Assembly (NCBI GenBank): GCA_964016885.1
Contig: OZ024751.1
Span: 39,990,001 to 40,054,000, forward strand
Source of the DNA: Eledone cirrhosa
Lineage: Eukaryota
Direction of reading: 5' to 3'
Length of the DNA stretch: 64,000 nt
Translations under genes and position numbers: made by a program
The notes under the pieces: model-generated
What the model saw: the letters and a program-made list of their open reading frames with translations, nothing else
Told to the model about the DNA's origin: nothing
The model's database searches: none
Shown: in pieces, positions 29,511-43,504 of the stretch
Numbering within the stretch: position 1 is the stretch's first letter
How the letters are laid out: every line of letters starts with the position of its first letter

Positions 29511-29704
29511 CACATACATACCAACATACCAACATACATACATGCATACATACGTACATACATACATAAACAACTATTGGCAGATACGATACATAGCTAA
29601 AGAGATACAGACGGTGACAGAAATAATTGTAGATTAAACTTCAGAGAACAAGAAATGTGTTGAGACATTATAAACAATATTATATATAAACATATAAATA
29701 CACA

Positions 29705-29737
<33 letters not shown>

Positions 29738-30147
29738 CCAGATCTAAATATATATATATATATGTATATATATACTTATATATATTATATATATATATAC
29801 TCCTTTTATTTTTTTCTACCAATCCATTTTGTAAATAGAATCATAATTTGATTTTTCTTCCCGCTGAGATTATAAATTAGAATGGCGATGTTACGAGAGA
29901 CATATGTGGTGAGGCAGAGAGTTGTATGAAAGAGTTACTTCATACAGAAAATAAACATCGCCCATCGTTTTATTTTCGTTTATATTTAACCCTTTCATTG
30001 TGGTATTTCTTATGAAAGACACTACCGATAATTTTCAAATCATTTTGACCAAAATCAAGAATCTGGAAGACATTTAGTAATATTAATAACGTTCTCGTTC
30101 TTTATGTGATATCTGGGACATAACTTGACAAAGGGTCTTACATAAAA

Positions 30148-30302
30148 TAATAATTGTTTCTACTTTTGGCACAAGGCCAGCAATTATCCCAGTGTATTAC
30201 TGGTACTTTATTTTATCGACCCCGTAATGATGAAAGGCAAAGTTAACCTCGGCGGGAATTGAACTCAGAATGGAAAGGGCCGTAACTCTATGCGTCAAAG
30301 CA
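30148..30302 (-). mobile_element. SINE family B
   Basis: Same diagnostic body as other family B copies. Confidence 0.85.
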
Positions 30303-30325
30303 TTATAATGGGAGGTTTTTAGATA

Positions 30326-30535
30326 TGGCTGAGTGGTTAGAGAATTGGATTCACAATCTTGAGGTTGTGAGTTCGATTCCTGGACCGGGCGATGCGTTAT
30401 GTCCTTGAGCAAGACACTTTATTTCACGTTGCTCCTTCTACCTGGAGTTGCGACCGATAGATAGTACTAGCAACTGGAAAGACCAACGGAAACATTGTTT
30501 CCTCGGTCCGATTTGACGAAAGTCGATCGATCCTT
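30326..30535 (+). mobile_element. SINE family A with 12-bp target-site duplication
   Basis: TTTTTAGATATG at 30316-30327 and 30536-30547. Confidence 0.88.
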
Positions 30536-30971
30536 TTTTTAGATATGTTATTAAAAAAAACTTTAAACACTTTAGTATCATAGATTTAGAGGTGGTTTAA
30601 TGAGGTCTGTAATCAAAGGGGTGGAAGTAAAACCCAGAGTAAAAGCACTTCGGTGGCGTCATTAGAGTTCCAGCTCTCAGTGTTCTGAGTTCAAATCTCA
30701 CCGAAATCCACATTGCCTTCCATCATTTCGGGGTCGATAAAGAAAATAACAGTCCCCTCCCCCTCCGAGCTGATGCAGCCTACCCAACTTCCACCTTTCA
30801 ACTACAAATGCAGTGCATCCATTTGACAGGTTTTATAAAGTTTCCATCGAATATGGCAAAAACACAAATCCAAGATACCGCGCAGCAGGACTGAAATCGA
30901 GGCATTTTGATTTTCAACAAATCCTTTACCACTTGGTCATGCCAGCGCCGATTATATATATATATATATAA

Positions 30972-31048
<77 letters not shown>

Positions 31049-31049
31049 G

Positions 31050-31267
31050 GAAGACGATCGACTTTCGTCAAATCGGACCGAGGGAACAATGTTTCCGTTG
31101 GTCTTTCCAACTGCTAATACTATCTATCGGTCGCAACTCCAGGTAGAAGGAGCAACGCGAAATAAAGTGTCTTGCTCAAGGACATAACGCATCGCCTGGT
31201 CCAGGAATCGAACTCACAACCTTACGATTGCGAATCCAATTCTCTAACCACTCAGCCACACGCCTTC
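31050..31267 (-). mobile_element. SINE family A, full length
   Basis: Reverse complement of the 27352 and 30326 copies. Confidence 0.88.
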
Positions 31268-31287
31268 ATGTATATATATATATATAC

Positions 31288-31326
<39 letters not shown>

Positions 31327-31390
31327 CTTCGGCCCGTCTCCTTTCCCCTCTTCTCTGTCTCACTTTCTCCCTTTCTATTCTCCTATCTTC

Positions 31391-31457
<67 letters not shown>

Positions 31458-31654
31458 TCTCTCTCACTCTCTTCCTCTCCCTTTTACTCTCCAAATCAAC
31501 AGACAAAACGACTTCACCATTCCACTACAGTCAAACAGAGAACACTCCGAAATGTCTGTCTGTGATAACCATTAAAAGAGCGAAGGTTAATTGAAGTTGA
31601 ATGTAGACCAGAGGGAATAAATATAGAGTGAGAGACAGGGACGAGACTAGACGG

Positions 31655-31756
31655 TGACAATGATGATGATGTTGATGATGATGTTGATGATGATGATGAT
31701 GATGATGGTGATTGTGATGATGGTGATGATGGTGATTGTGATGATGGTGATGATGG

Positions 31757-31798
<42 letters not shown>

Positions 31799-31947
31799 CG
31801 ACGATGATAATGATGATGACAATGATGATGATGATGGTGATTGTGATGATGGTGATGATGATGATGAGGAGGGGGGGGAATGTTGATGATGATGATGATG
31901 ATGATGATGTTGATGATGATGACGACGATGATGATGATGATGATGGC

Positions 31948-31984
<37 letters not shown>

Positions 31985-32145
31985 GTGATGATGATGGTGG
32001 TGATGGTGATGATGAGGAGGGGGGGGGGGGGAATGTTGATGATGATGATGATGATGACGATGTTAATGATGATGACAATGATGATGATGGTGATGGTGAT
32101 GGCGATGGTAATGATGATGACAATAATGATGATGACGACGACGAC

Positions 32146-32176
<31 letters not shown>

Positions 32177-32419
32177 GTGATAGTGATGATTATGATGATG
32201 ATGATGGTGGTGGTGGTGGTGGTGGTGGTGGTGGTGGTGGTGGTGGTGGTGGTGGTGATGATGATGGCGATGACGACGACGACAGCAATGGTCATCATCA
32301 TCACCATCGTGGTGGTGGTGATGATGATGTTGATGATGATGGTGATAATGGTGGTGGTGATGATGTTGATGTTGATGGTGGTGGTGGTGGTGGTGGTGGT
32401 GGTGGTGGTGGTGGTGGTA

Positions 32420-32478
<59 letters not shown>

Positions 32479-32490
32479 GGTGACGGTGTC
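31655..32490. repeat. (GAT)n/(GGT)n compound trinucleotide repeat
   Basis: Directly visible. Confidence 0.95.
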
Positions 32491-33435
32491 GATGCCAACT
32501 AAAACATTATAACTTGATTGGTTCGGAGAAGAAGGAGAGAAACAAAAGTAGAACTTATTTAGTTTTCTATTATTCCGAACACATATTACCCCGACAATTT
32601 ACGTATAAATTTCCTGTTGCAAATGTAATCAAATGTGTGGGAGGGGGGAGGGGGAGAAGCTATTTCAGCGAATTATTTCGGTGTACCGAACTGAGTCGTA
32701 TTTGTTATCGCCAACAAAGGAGTTATCGCCTCGATAAAATGTCCTCCTTTTTCTCTTGATTATTTATTCAGACCTATCTTAAAGTGATAATCAAATATAA
32801 TGACTAGAATTGCTATGAATTGTTGGTGGTCTGCGACAGCAAGAATCAATATTGGGAATAAATCCGAAATTGATTGAGATAGGCTGGCTTTGTTCTGCTT
32901 TGAAATAGAATGAAAATATTTAACGTTTCGAGCAGAATTCGTCATCATAGAAGGAAAAAACAAATAACATATTGTGTTGTTGATAAGAGAATGAAAGGGA
33001 AGATAAGAATGTAGATTGACTATGTAGTGACTGTGGCTTTAGTGGTGGCCCTCTCAGTATCCGTTGACTTGTTTTGTAGTAAAGAAATAAAAAAGGAATA
33101 ACAAACGTTTCGATGAGTGTCCCTTATCGGAGAAAAAAAGGCAGATAACCAACTCAGTTGATCAAAGAATAAATTAGAAAAGGCGGTGAACTGGGAGAAG
33201 CATTAGAGCGGCGGATGAAATACCTTGCGGTATTTATTGCTGCTTATATACTTATATGTGTGTGTGTGTATGTGTATGTATATATAGGTATATATATATA
33301 TATGTATATATGTAGATATGTATGCATATATAGAGAGAGAGAGATATAGCTATATATCGAGAGAAAGATAAAGAGAAAGAGAGAAGGAAAGAAAGAAAGA
33401 AAGAAAGAAAGAAAAAAGAAAGAAAGAAAGAAAAA

Positions 33436-33486
<51 letters not shown>

Positions 33487-33653
33487 CAAAAAAGAAAGAA
33501 AGTGGGGAGATATAGACATACAAATCTAAATGTATAAGTATACATACATCTAATGATTTAAGTGAGTTTAAAACAAACTGTTGATAGAAATATTCAACTT
33601 CTACACTGTGTTGATTGCATTTTTCTTTCATTTCTACCAAAATGCATATATAT

Positions 33654-33820
33654 TAGGGTGGCCCTTAGCAATAGGTAATTTTTCGAAAGTTAAAATCTTG
33701 TTGCTCCCACCTACTAATCCTGTTCAAATCAACAAAAGAATGTGGTGTGCAAAATTTCAGCTCAATCGGGTAACTGTTAGACGACCCTCAAACGCCTTGA
33801 AGTTGGAACATAGTATACGC
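33654..33820. mobile_element. Probable DNA-transposon/MITE terminal fragment
   Basis: Starts TTAGGGTGGCCC after (TA)n and contains GTGCAAAATTTCAGCTCAATCGG, a motif recalled from MITE subtermini. The opposite end was not found. Confidence 0.35.
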
Positions 33821-33975
33821 AACGATTCATTCTGTTCAAAAGCGAAATACTCTTCCCTATCTCGACCATTTTCTTTTTTCTTCTTAGAGAAATTTATGTG
33901 GACACATCCAGGCAACCCCAGCAAATGTATATATATTGTATATATCTATAACCACATACTGATATATGTATATAT

Positions 33976-34315
33976 GCTCCTCTCTTTGCTCTCCTTGATC
34001 TCCTTTTCTCATTGGTCTCCTTTTCTCATTGCTCTCCTTGATCTCCTTTTATCCTTGCTCTCCTTGCTCTCCTTTTCTCCTGTTCTCCTTGACCTCCTTT
34101 TATCCTTGCTCTCCTTGCTCTCCTTTTCTCCTTGTTCTCCTTGCTCTCCCTTTATCTTTGCTCTCCTTTTCTCATTGCTCTCCTTGCTCTCCTTTTATCC
34201 TTGCTCTCCTTGCTCTCCTTTTCTCATTGCTCTCCTTACTCTCCTTGCTCTCTTTCTCTCCTTTTCTCATTGCTCTCCTTACTCTCCTTTTCTCCTTGCT
34301 CTACTTTTCTCCTTG
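33976..34315. repeat. 8/9-bp minisatellite (TTGCTCTCC / TTTTCTCC)
   Basis: Directly visible. Confidence 0.9.
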
Positions 34316-34393
34316 TATCTATGTACTTGTTTATATACAAATACAATGAGAAAAGGGAAGCAAGGATAGTAAGGAGAGTGAATATATACATAT

Positions 34394-34581
34394 CGCAGTA
34401 GCGTTCAACGGGAGCTCCATTCTCAACGGCTGCCAAGCCAAGATTGAGCATCCCAGCGAAGAGCGCGCATGCTTGTTTGGGAGTGAAGGAAGCACCTATC
34501 ACAACAGTGTTGCCAACAGCCGTACGAACAGTTTCTCTGCGTCCCCATCGCTTTGGAGACCTTACTTTTGGGATTACCCTC

Positions 34582-34584
<3 letters not shown>
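34394..34584 (-). mobile_element. Mariner transposon 5' end (TIR + first codons), truncated
   Basis: Minus strand begins TACGAGGGTAATCCCAAAAGTAAG (mariner-type TIR at a TA). An ATG at 34420 gives MELPLNATA before the sequence breaks off. Confidence 0.65.
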
Positions 34585-34647
<63 letters not shown>

Positions 34648-34768
34648 TTATATATATATATATATATATATATTCTACTTTTTACTAAATATTGCTGTGG
34701 ATATTGTCTATTGAGCAAATTCATTGAGAACCACATAATTCAAACATATTTAATATATTACATTCATT

Positions 34769-34892
<124 letters not shown>

Positions 34893-35139
34893 TGTGTGTG
34901 GGGGGGGGGCGTGTGTGTGTGTGTGTGAATATGTATATGCACATATATCCTCTGATGACAAACTAAAACACCAATACATTTTTATGTCATTTTTAATATC
35001 TTTAGTGACCTTTGTCGTTCGCTTTATTCTGTCAAATTATTTCATCGTTTATTAAAAACCTCAGGAAGATTTTCGTCCTTCTTCGCCGCCGACATATAAC
35101 TTAATTACACAACACTAGCAACACTAACTGCAACTGTCA

Positions 35140-35672
35140 CTGGAAATACCAACAACACCAACACTAACACCACCATCACCATCACCATCATCACCATCAC
35201 CATCACCATCATCATCACCATCACTAACACCACCACTACAACATCACTGCCAACAACACCCTCACCACCACGTTTAGTATTACGATAACTAAAACAATCA
35301 CTGCAATTATGCCATCACCATCACCATCATCACCATCACCACCATCACTACCATCACCATCACCATCATCACCATCACCACCACCACCACCATCACCATC
35401 ACTACCATCACCACCACCATCGCTGCCATCATCGCCATCACCATCACCACCATCACCACCACCATCGCCACCACCATCACCATCACCACCATCACCACCA
35501 TCACCACCACCACCACCATCACCATCACCATCACCATCACCATCACCATCACCATCATCACCACCATCACTACCATCACCATCACCATCACCACCATCAC
35601 CATCACCACCATCATCACCATCACAACCACCATCGCCACCACCATCACCACCATCATCACCATCACCATCAC
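35140..35672. repeat. (CAC)n/(CAT)n trinucleotide repeat
   Basis: Directly visible. Confidence 0.95.
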
Positions 35673-35911
35673 CAAGATATGCACAACTGCTATTTTATCA
35701 ATAGTTGTGATGTCAGTCGTAACTTTAAAACATTAATTAAATATTGAATCTACTTAAAACTATTTTTATTCCCGTCAGTAAAACATTTGCAATAAAATGT
35801 GAAACTTTCTATTAAATTCAGAAAGTCAGACATTGATAGAAACTATTTATTATAGCTCACTAGGACAGCTAGAAATAGCAGCCAAATATCTCAAACTACA
35901 ACCTACATGAT

Positions 35912-36104
35912 GTTTTCTACTTTTGGCTCAAGGCCAGCAATTATCCCAGTGTATTACTGGTACTTTATTTTATCGACCCTATAAGGTGTAAGGATGAAAG
36001 GCAAAGTTAACCTCGGCGGGATTTGAACTCAGATCATAAAAGGGGTGTAACTCTATGCTGCAAAGCATGGCTTCCGACCCTCTACCGATTCTGCCAATCA
36101 ACCA
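35912..36104 (-). mobile_element. SINE family B
   Basis: Diagnostic body and head present. Confidence 0.85.
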
Positions 36105-36209
36105 CAACCTACATAATATCTTAAACTGTTTGACATGTTTGAAATATATGACCATAGGACACCGAGCTGACCTGCTGCTAACCAAAAGCAACTACGATAA
36201 CAACAACAA

Positions 36210-36248
<39 letters not shown>

Positions 36249-37641
36249 CAACAACAACAACAACGGCAGCAACAACAATGATAATGGCAACAACAGCAAC
36301 AGTAACAACAACAACAGCAGCAACAGCAGCAACAACAGCAACAACAACAACAACGGCAGCAACAACAACAATGCTAATGAAAAATAACAGCAATTACAAG
36401 AGCAACAGTAACAACAACAAAAAATTCTATCCAATGTTCTAACGACTCAATCAATTCGCCACCTATATTGAACGTATAGTACCAGTAATATATTGGTATA
36501 AGTAAACATAGTAGCAATAATGTTCTGATGAACTGACAGACAAATGTCCAAGACACACAACTGGCCTGGAGCCTGATCTAAAGAAAGTCTTATTAAAACT
36601 TCTTTTTCTTAAAGAATATCAAGTCTTTGTTTTTGGTTATGGGCCAAACACAAGAGTGCTTTTGTGTTAGTATCTATGTGTGTGTATGTTTGTATGTGTA
36701 TGTGTTTGTGTGTGTATGTTTGTATGTGTATGTTTGTGTGTGTGTATGTTTGTATGTGTATGTTTGTGTGTGTATGTTTGTTTGTGTGTGTGTGTGTATG
36801 TGCGTCTGTGTCTCTGTCTGTGTCTGTGTATTTATGTATGTGTGCATGTACTTATGTATGTGTGTGTGTGTGTCTGTGTCTGTGTATAAATGTATGTATG
36901 TACCTATGTATGTGTGTTTGTGTCTGAATGTGTGTATGTATGAATGTATATATGTATATACGTATGTCTGAATGTATATAAGTTTATGTAAATGCATATA
37001 CATACACACACACTCACACACACACACATACATGCATGTATACACACACACATCTACACACTCACACACACATATACATACGTACGTACATACACACACA
37101 TACATATATACATACACACACACACATATATATATATATACATACACATGCATACATACACATGCACATACACACATACATACATACATACACACATACA
37201 CACATACACACATACACACATACATACATACATACGCACACACATATATACATAAATACACATATATTTCAATACGGAGCCGTGAAAGAAATGTTTTTTT
37301 CACCAAGCTATCTTACCATTTCCTTTGTTCTTTGATGTTTTTCAAACAATCAAACAATCAAAGAGTCAAGAACATGAATTGAAGGAAGAAATAGGAAAAC
37401 TACGATAAAAGGACAAAAAGCAATATGGCCGCCATATATAACGATAGATGTGTAGTGTGATCGATAAAAGAAAAAATTACAAGACCGTTGTATTTCTTGA
37501 GTATATAATATATATATATATGGTTGTGTGTGTGTGTGTATATATACATATATATCTATACATATATATGAATATATATGAATATATATATGCATTGCAT
37601 ATATATGAATATGTATATGTATATATATGAATATATATATA

Positions 37642-37725
<84 letters not shown>

Positions 37726-37750
37726 ATATATATATATATATATTTGTATG

Positions 37751-37781
<31 letters not shown>

Positions 37782-37978
37782 GTGTGTGGGTGGGCAAGTT
37801 CTTTCAAACTCTGTCTCTTAAAACATCTTTTCTGTTAAGATATTTTATATAGAATTTTGGGGTGAGTGGGGGTGGGGGTGAGGGGATGATTATTTTCTTC
37901 AATTATTGTTCTAAGTACATAAAGATGATCATCCGTCGATTTCGACGATTAAAATTCAGTTGCAGTATTAATACATAA

Positions 37979-38672
37979 TTAACCATTTCGTTACCATGAA
38001 AAACACTATCTGTAATTTGCAGGCATTTTTTTTTTAATTATCAATTTAAAAATCAAGAATTTGATGCAGTTTCTGTAATATAACTTACTTCGTTGTTTTT
38101 TAAACTGGTGTTTGGAATATAACTTAACAAGGGTTCATAGATAAGATAATTGTTTCTACTTTTGGCACAAGACCGGCAATTATCCCAGTGTATTACTGGT
38201 ACTTTATTTTATCGAACCCATAAGGATGAAAGGCAAAGTTTACGTCGGAGGGATTTGAACTCAGATCGTAAAGGGCCGTAACTCTCTGCTGCAAAGCATG
38301 GCGTCCAACCCTCTACCGATACTGCCAACCCATCGCCCTAAAATAATGTTAGAGAATGTTTTTATATAAATACTTTTATTACCATATTCATTTCAAAAGG
38401 CTGTGAATTTAAAATTATTTAAAAGAATTTGGGACAATTTTTAAGCTGATGTTTGGAATGTAACTTAACAAAGGTTTTTACACAGAAGAATGGTGGAAGG
38501 AATTTTTATAAATAAATACACATTGAAACAAAGATTAATCGTTTCTACTTTTGACACAAGGCCAGCCATCACCAGTGTATTACTGGTACTTTATTTTATT
38601 GAAACAAACAACATTGAAACAAACATTAATGTCGTAGAATGATTTCAGGCGGTTTGGTACCAAAAGAGTTAA
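37979..38672. mobile_element. piggyBac-like MITE with nested SINE B copies
   Basis: Ends TTAACCATTTCGTTACCA ... TGGTACCAAAAGAGTTAA (TTAA + imperfect TIR). A related left end lies at 29987. Confidence 0.5.
38146..38336 (-). mobile_element. SINE family B
   Basis: Diagnostic body and head present. Confidence 0.85.
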
Positions 38673-38704
38673 GAAAATAATCAATACATTATAGATACAT
38701 ATAT

Positions 38705-38747
<43 letters not shown>

Positions 38748-39417
38748 CGTACATATAACACGCAAATGTCAACAAACCAATTACGTTTTTAATTAAATGT
38801 CTGTTTAAAACTACTTCTTATCGCTGCATCCATATAATAAAAATGTATGAAGTATTTGACATTTATAAATCGATTCTGTTAATCGTAAACTGATGGATCC
38901 TCCGTCGATTTCGATGATGATTGTATCAGTTGTCCGATCAACTCAATGTCCAAATCAACGGTCAAGTGGTTGAAAATTCCACAGACGCATGATTCGTGAA
39001 ATGTGATCAAACTAGAACTTTCAATTACAGACGGGCTTCCCCATAGTTTCCGTCTGCCCAACTTCACTCATAATGCTATCAGTGTTAAATGACACACATA
39101 ATGGTATTGACCCCAAGACTTCCTGATTGGAACCCGAACATCTTAACCACTTATTTTCTAAGTTCATAAACTTTATTTTATACTCATTCAACCGTATCCA
39201 ACCACTTTTTTCTTACTCATCAATGTGTCCTTCTTTTTCAAAAACAATAGAATGTAATTCGATATAGACTGTGTTGCTATTTCTAGCAGGTTGAGTGACC
39301 TTGTAGTATTTCCCTCGAATATTTTAAACTTAATAATAATAATGAAAATTATATATATATATATACATACAAACATACATACATACAAACCTGCATATAT
39401 ATATATATATATATGTG

Positions 39418-39513
<96 letters not shown>

Positions 39514-39906
39514 CAGGTTTGTATGTAGGTGTGTATATCGTTGGGGCGGGGACTATGTATGTGCGTATGACAACTCATATACCATATAAATCTCATAAAC
39601 AGATATTTAAATCTTGCAACTATAAGAGATTCGCCATCTTGAAAAGAGATTCAAACAGATTAGTTTCGCCTGACATTAATGAATTATTGTGGATTTCTAA
39701 TGTTTTGTCTTTCAAGTTGTCACGGTTTATTAACATAGTGTTGGTTATATAACTATAAAGAAAATGAAGATAAATATTATTAAATTTACATAAGCGGATG
39801 ATGTTGACGGTCTTAAATTAATAATTATAGTAGCAATACTGCGTAGGTTAGTAACATATGTGTAGAAAGTAAGACATATACTATATGTTTAATATATATA
39901 TATATA

Positions 39907-40009
<103 letters not shown>

Positions 40010-40154
40010 AAATCTAGCTTCAGCATAGCTGTATACATACAAGTGTGGGAATTCCGTATGTTTAATAAATAAACATTTTCAAAGCCAAGCTATGAATTGA
40101 AGGGCTGGCAGCCAGCACCGTCTAGCGGATTCCAGCAGAATCAGCAGAGAATAA

Positions 40155-40193
40155 CTGTCTATGCATTTCAACCTCTGGCTCTCATCAGAACAG
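40155..40193 (-). ncRNA. Minimal type I hammerhead ribozyme
   Basis: Minus strand: CTGTT CTGATGA G AGCC AGA GGTT GAAA TGCA T A GACAG. Stem I is 5 bp, stem II 4 bp, stem III the palindrome ATGCAT; AUA site. Confidence 0.85.
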
Positions 40194-40276
40194 TGCTTCT
40201 CCTTGCTCTCTGTTGGAACTTGAAACAGGCGAAAATATATAGGTTTTTCGCCTGTGTAGGAGGGTTGATTAGTCTC

Positions 40277-40301
40277 ATTTGCATATGAAGCTTATTTGCA
40301 T
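40277..40301 (-). promoter_or_regulatory. Two perfect octamer motifs (ATGCAAAT)
   Basis: ATTTGCAT on the plus strand at 40277-40284 and 40294-40301. Function is inferred only. Confidence 0.45.
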
Positions 40302-41113
40302 ATAAGTTGGTTCAACTTAAAAATAGAATTAAAATTTAGCTTCGGCATAGCTTTGGGGCACGACTTAAGTCCCACCTTGTATAAATAGCTGGGATGGCCA
40401 TAAATGGAATCCCATTGCTCAATCTAGGCTAACATATACATATCTTTAATAGAAGTTAGAGTGCTGTGTTAAATTTATTACACTAATTTGTAATTTCCCA
40501 GCTAATGAAAGAATAAACATATTAGATAGTGTAGTCCAAGTTGTAGATACAATATGGCTGAAAATAAACTGAATTGGTCATAACTAGAACCCATGTTTGT
40601 TCAAAGCTAACATTGAAATTTCTGGAATATGCATATAATACAATAATCGTTTATTTTATACTGATTATTATATTAGGCATCAAAGGAATCATTATTACAT
40701 AAAAGGCATATTCTAGATAAGACTACGTTAGCCTAGATCAAACAGAGGGTTCCAGCTATGGCCACATCGGTTTATTTTCAGCCATATTACATCCAGAACT
40801 ACATCATTTAACATGTCTTTATTCTTCTCTAATTGACTGTAAAATTATAAAGCAGTGTTAACAGGTTTGCTAGAACACTGTAACTTCCTGCTTCTTCATT
40901 ATCGGAATATTAGTAAATGTTTTCTATGGTGTTAACCAAAGATTTATCATTAAGCACAATTATCATTCCATTGGCAGAACAATTGCGTATAATTGCTTTC
41001 AATCAACACAACATGGAACCAAGTCTTTGGTAAAATGTCAAGCAGAGGCAAAAATAATAATTCTTCATTCAATCTATGAAAGCAATTTCTTGGTTGTGAT
41101 GTCTAAAACTAAT

Positions 41114-41790
41114 TGAAGAACTAAAGAACTACAGAATTACAGAAGTAAAGAACTAAAGAACTACAGAATTACAGAATGAAAGAACTAAAGAATATATACT
41201 TTACTGAATTACAGAATTACAGAATTAAAGATATATCATACAGAATTACAGAATTACAGAATTAAAGAGCTAAAGAATATGTGCCGTTCACAATTATAGA
41301 ATTACAGAATTAAAGACTATATATCTTACAGAATTGAAGACTTACAGAAATAAATAAAATTAAAGAACTAAAGAATATAATATACCTTACAGAATTAAAG
41401 AATTAAAGAATATATATGTGTTTTTCTATGGAGATTTTGAGGAATTTAAGAATTGAAGAACTTAATAATTGAAGAGTTTAGGAATTGAAGAACTTAATAA
41501 TTGAGGAATTCAAGAATTGAAGAACTTAATAATTGAGGAATTCAAGAATTGAAGAACTTAAGAATTGAAGAGTTTATGAATTGAAGAACTTATGAATTGA
41601 AGAATTTAAGAATTGAAGAACTTAAGAATTGAAAAGTTGAAAAGAATTGAAAGAATTTAAAAATATATAATAGCTATGTTCGGTGTTTTAAATTGAGATA
41701 ACATCATCTGAAATTGAAGAACTTAAGGATTGAGGAACGGAATAACTAAAGAACTAAAAAATCGAAGAATTAAAGAATTGAAGATTGAAG
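41114..41790. repeat. 8-bp periodic minisatellite (AGAATTAA/AGAATTAC/AGAATTGA/AGAACTTA)
   Basis: Directly visible, interrupted. Confidence 0.9.
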
Positions 41791-42071
41791 GATGTACAAA
41801 AGCAATGTTTCAAACGTGTTTTTACACAGAAGATAACATCTTCTAAAGTTTAGATTCTAAACAACCAATAAAAGTACTGAAAATTGCTTTTTTTTTTATT
41901 GAAAATAGTTTTTAAAAATATAAATTAGAGAAAATTTCTTGCGGCACATTTAATTCTTTGGTGTGATTATTTTAACATTTCACAGAGATTCTCAGCAGAG
42001 TCGATAATATCGTCATTGTCATAGTCATCGTCATCGTCATAGTCATCGTCATCGTCATCGTCATCGTTATA

Positions 42072-42112
<41 letters not shown>

Positions 42113-42151
42113 TGCCATCGTCGTCGTTGTCGTTGTCTTTGTCGTTGTTTC

Positions 42152-42203
<52 letters not shown>

Positions 42204-42493
42204 GCTAATGATGGTGGTGGTGGTGGTGGCGGTGGTGTGATGTGATTACTCTAAAATTTCACAGAGATTCTCAGCATTGTAGATAGCATCGCCATCGCCA
42301 TCGCCATCGCCATAATCATTATCATCGTCATCATCATAGTCATCGTCATAGTCATTGCTGTTATTATTGTTAGTGTTGTTGTTGATGATAATAGTAGTGG
42401 TGGTGGTGCAGATGGTGGTGATAATTGGAGTAGTGGTGGTGTTGGTTGTCATTGTTCTTGCTTGATTGTTGTTGTTGTTGTTGCTGCTGTTAC

Positions 42494-42533
<40 letters not shown>

Positions 42534-42570
42534 ATTGCTGCTGCTGCTGTTGCTGTTGTCGCGGTTATTG

Positions 42571-42656
<86 letters not shown>

Positions 42657-42658
42657 CC

Positions 42659-42725
<67 letters not shown>

Positions 42726-42736
42726 TAGAAAGAGAT

Positions 42737-42790
<54 letters not shown>

Positions 42791-43222
42791 GGATAGAAAG
42801 AGAAAGAGAAAGAGAGAGGGGAAATGATGAAGTTATCTGTCCTTAGTTCAGAACTATGTCATAATTGTTTCTAAATGTTGTCATCAATGTAAATATCTGA
42901 TGTCTTACAAGATATCAGATAGTTTCGTTAACGGAGTTGGTACCTAAAGGCTATCACTCCCCACTTTCCATCCATCCATATATGTCTACCATATATCTAT
43001 CTATCTTTCACTTTCGCAGGTTTGGATATCATCTTTTTTTATTAGTAGTATTTCAGTATGTTCGTAGTGAGATGCCTGTGGGTGTGTGTATGTGTGTGTC
43101 CATGTTAGAGAGGTAGTGTGTGTATGTAGTATGTGTATAGTGTATATGAGTTGTAGCGATACCAGTGCCAAGCTATATCGGCCTTTCTATTACCTTTATA
43201 CATCATATGCAATGCTTATATA

Positions 43223-43253
<31 letters not shown>

Positions 43254-43282
43254 ATAAATGTAATCTGAGTTTTTCGAATATT

Positions 43283-43397
43283 AATAATTGTTTCTAATTT
43301 TGGCACAAGGCCAGCAATTACCCAGTGAATTACTGGTACTTTATTTTATCGACCCCGTAAGGATGAAAGGCAAAGTTAACCTCCGCGGGATTTGAAC
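43283..43397 (-). mobile_element. SINE family B, 5'-truncated
   Basis: Diagnostic body present. Confidence 0.8.
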
Positions 43398-43470
43398 ATA
43401 AGAGCAAGAATGAAGTGTTCATTCTACTGACATGGCTATAAAATTGAGGCTTGTTTGCGAAATTTTCTTT

Positions 43471-43504
<34 letters not shown>

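Noticed and set aside
31654-32502. Asp/Gly-rich ORF resembling a biomineralisation protein, and the extensin-like SPPP ORF at 35309-35704
   Set aside because: Pure GAT/GGT or CAC/CAT codon runs with no synonymous variation, signal peptide or splice support.
32915-33135. Two minus-strand GAAACGTT motifs preceded by ATGATGA and CCGATAA
   Set aside because: Core nucleotides are mutated and the stems are poor. Counted only as decayed relics, not as ribozymes.
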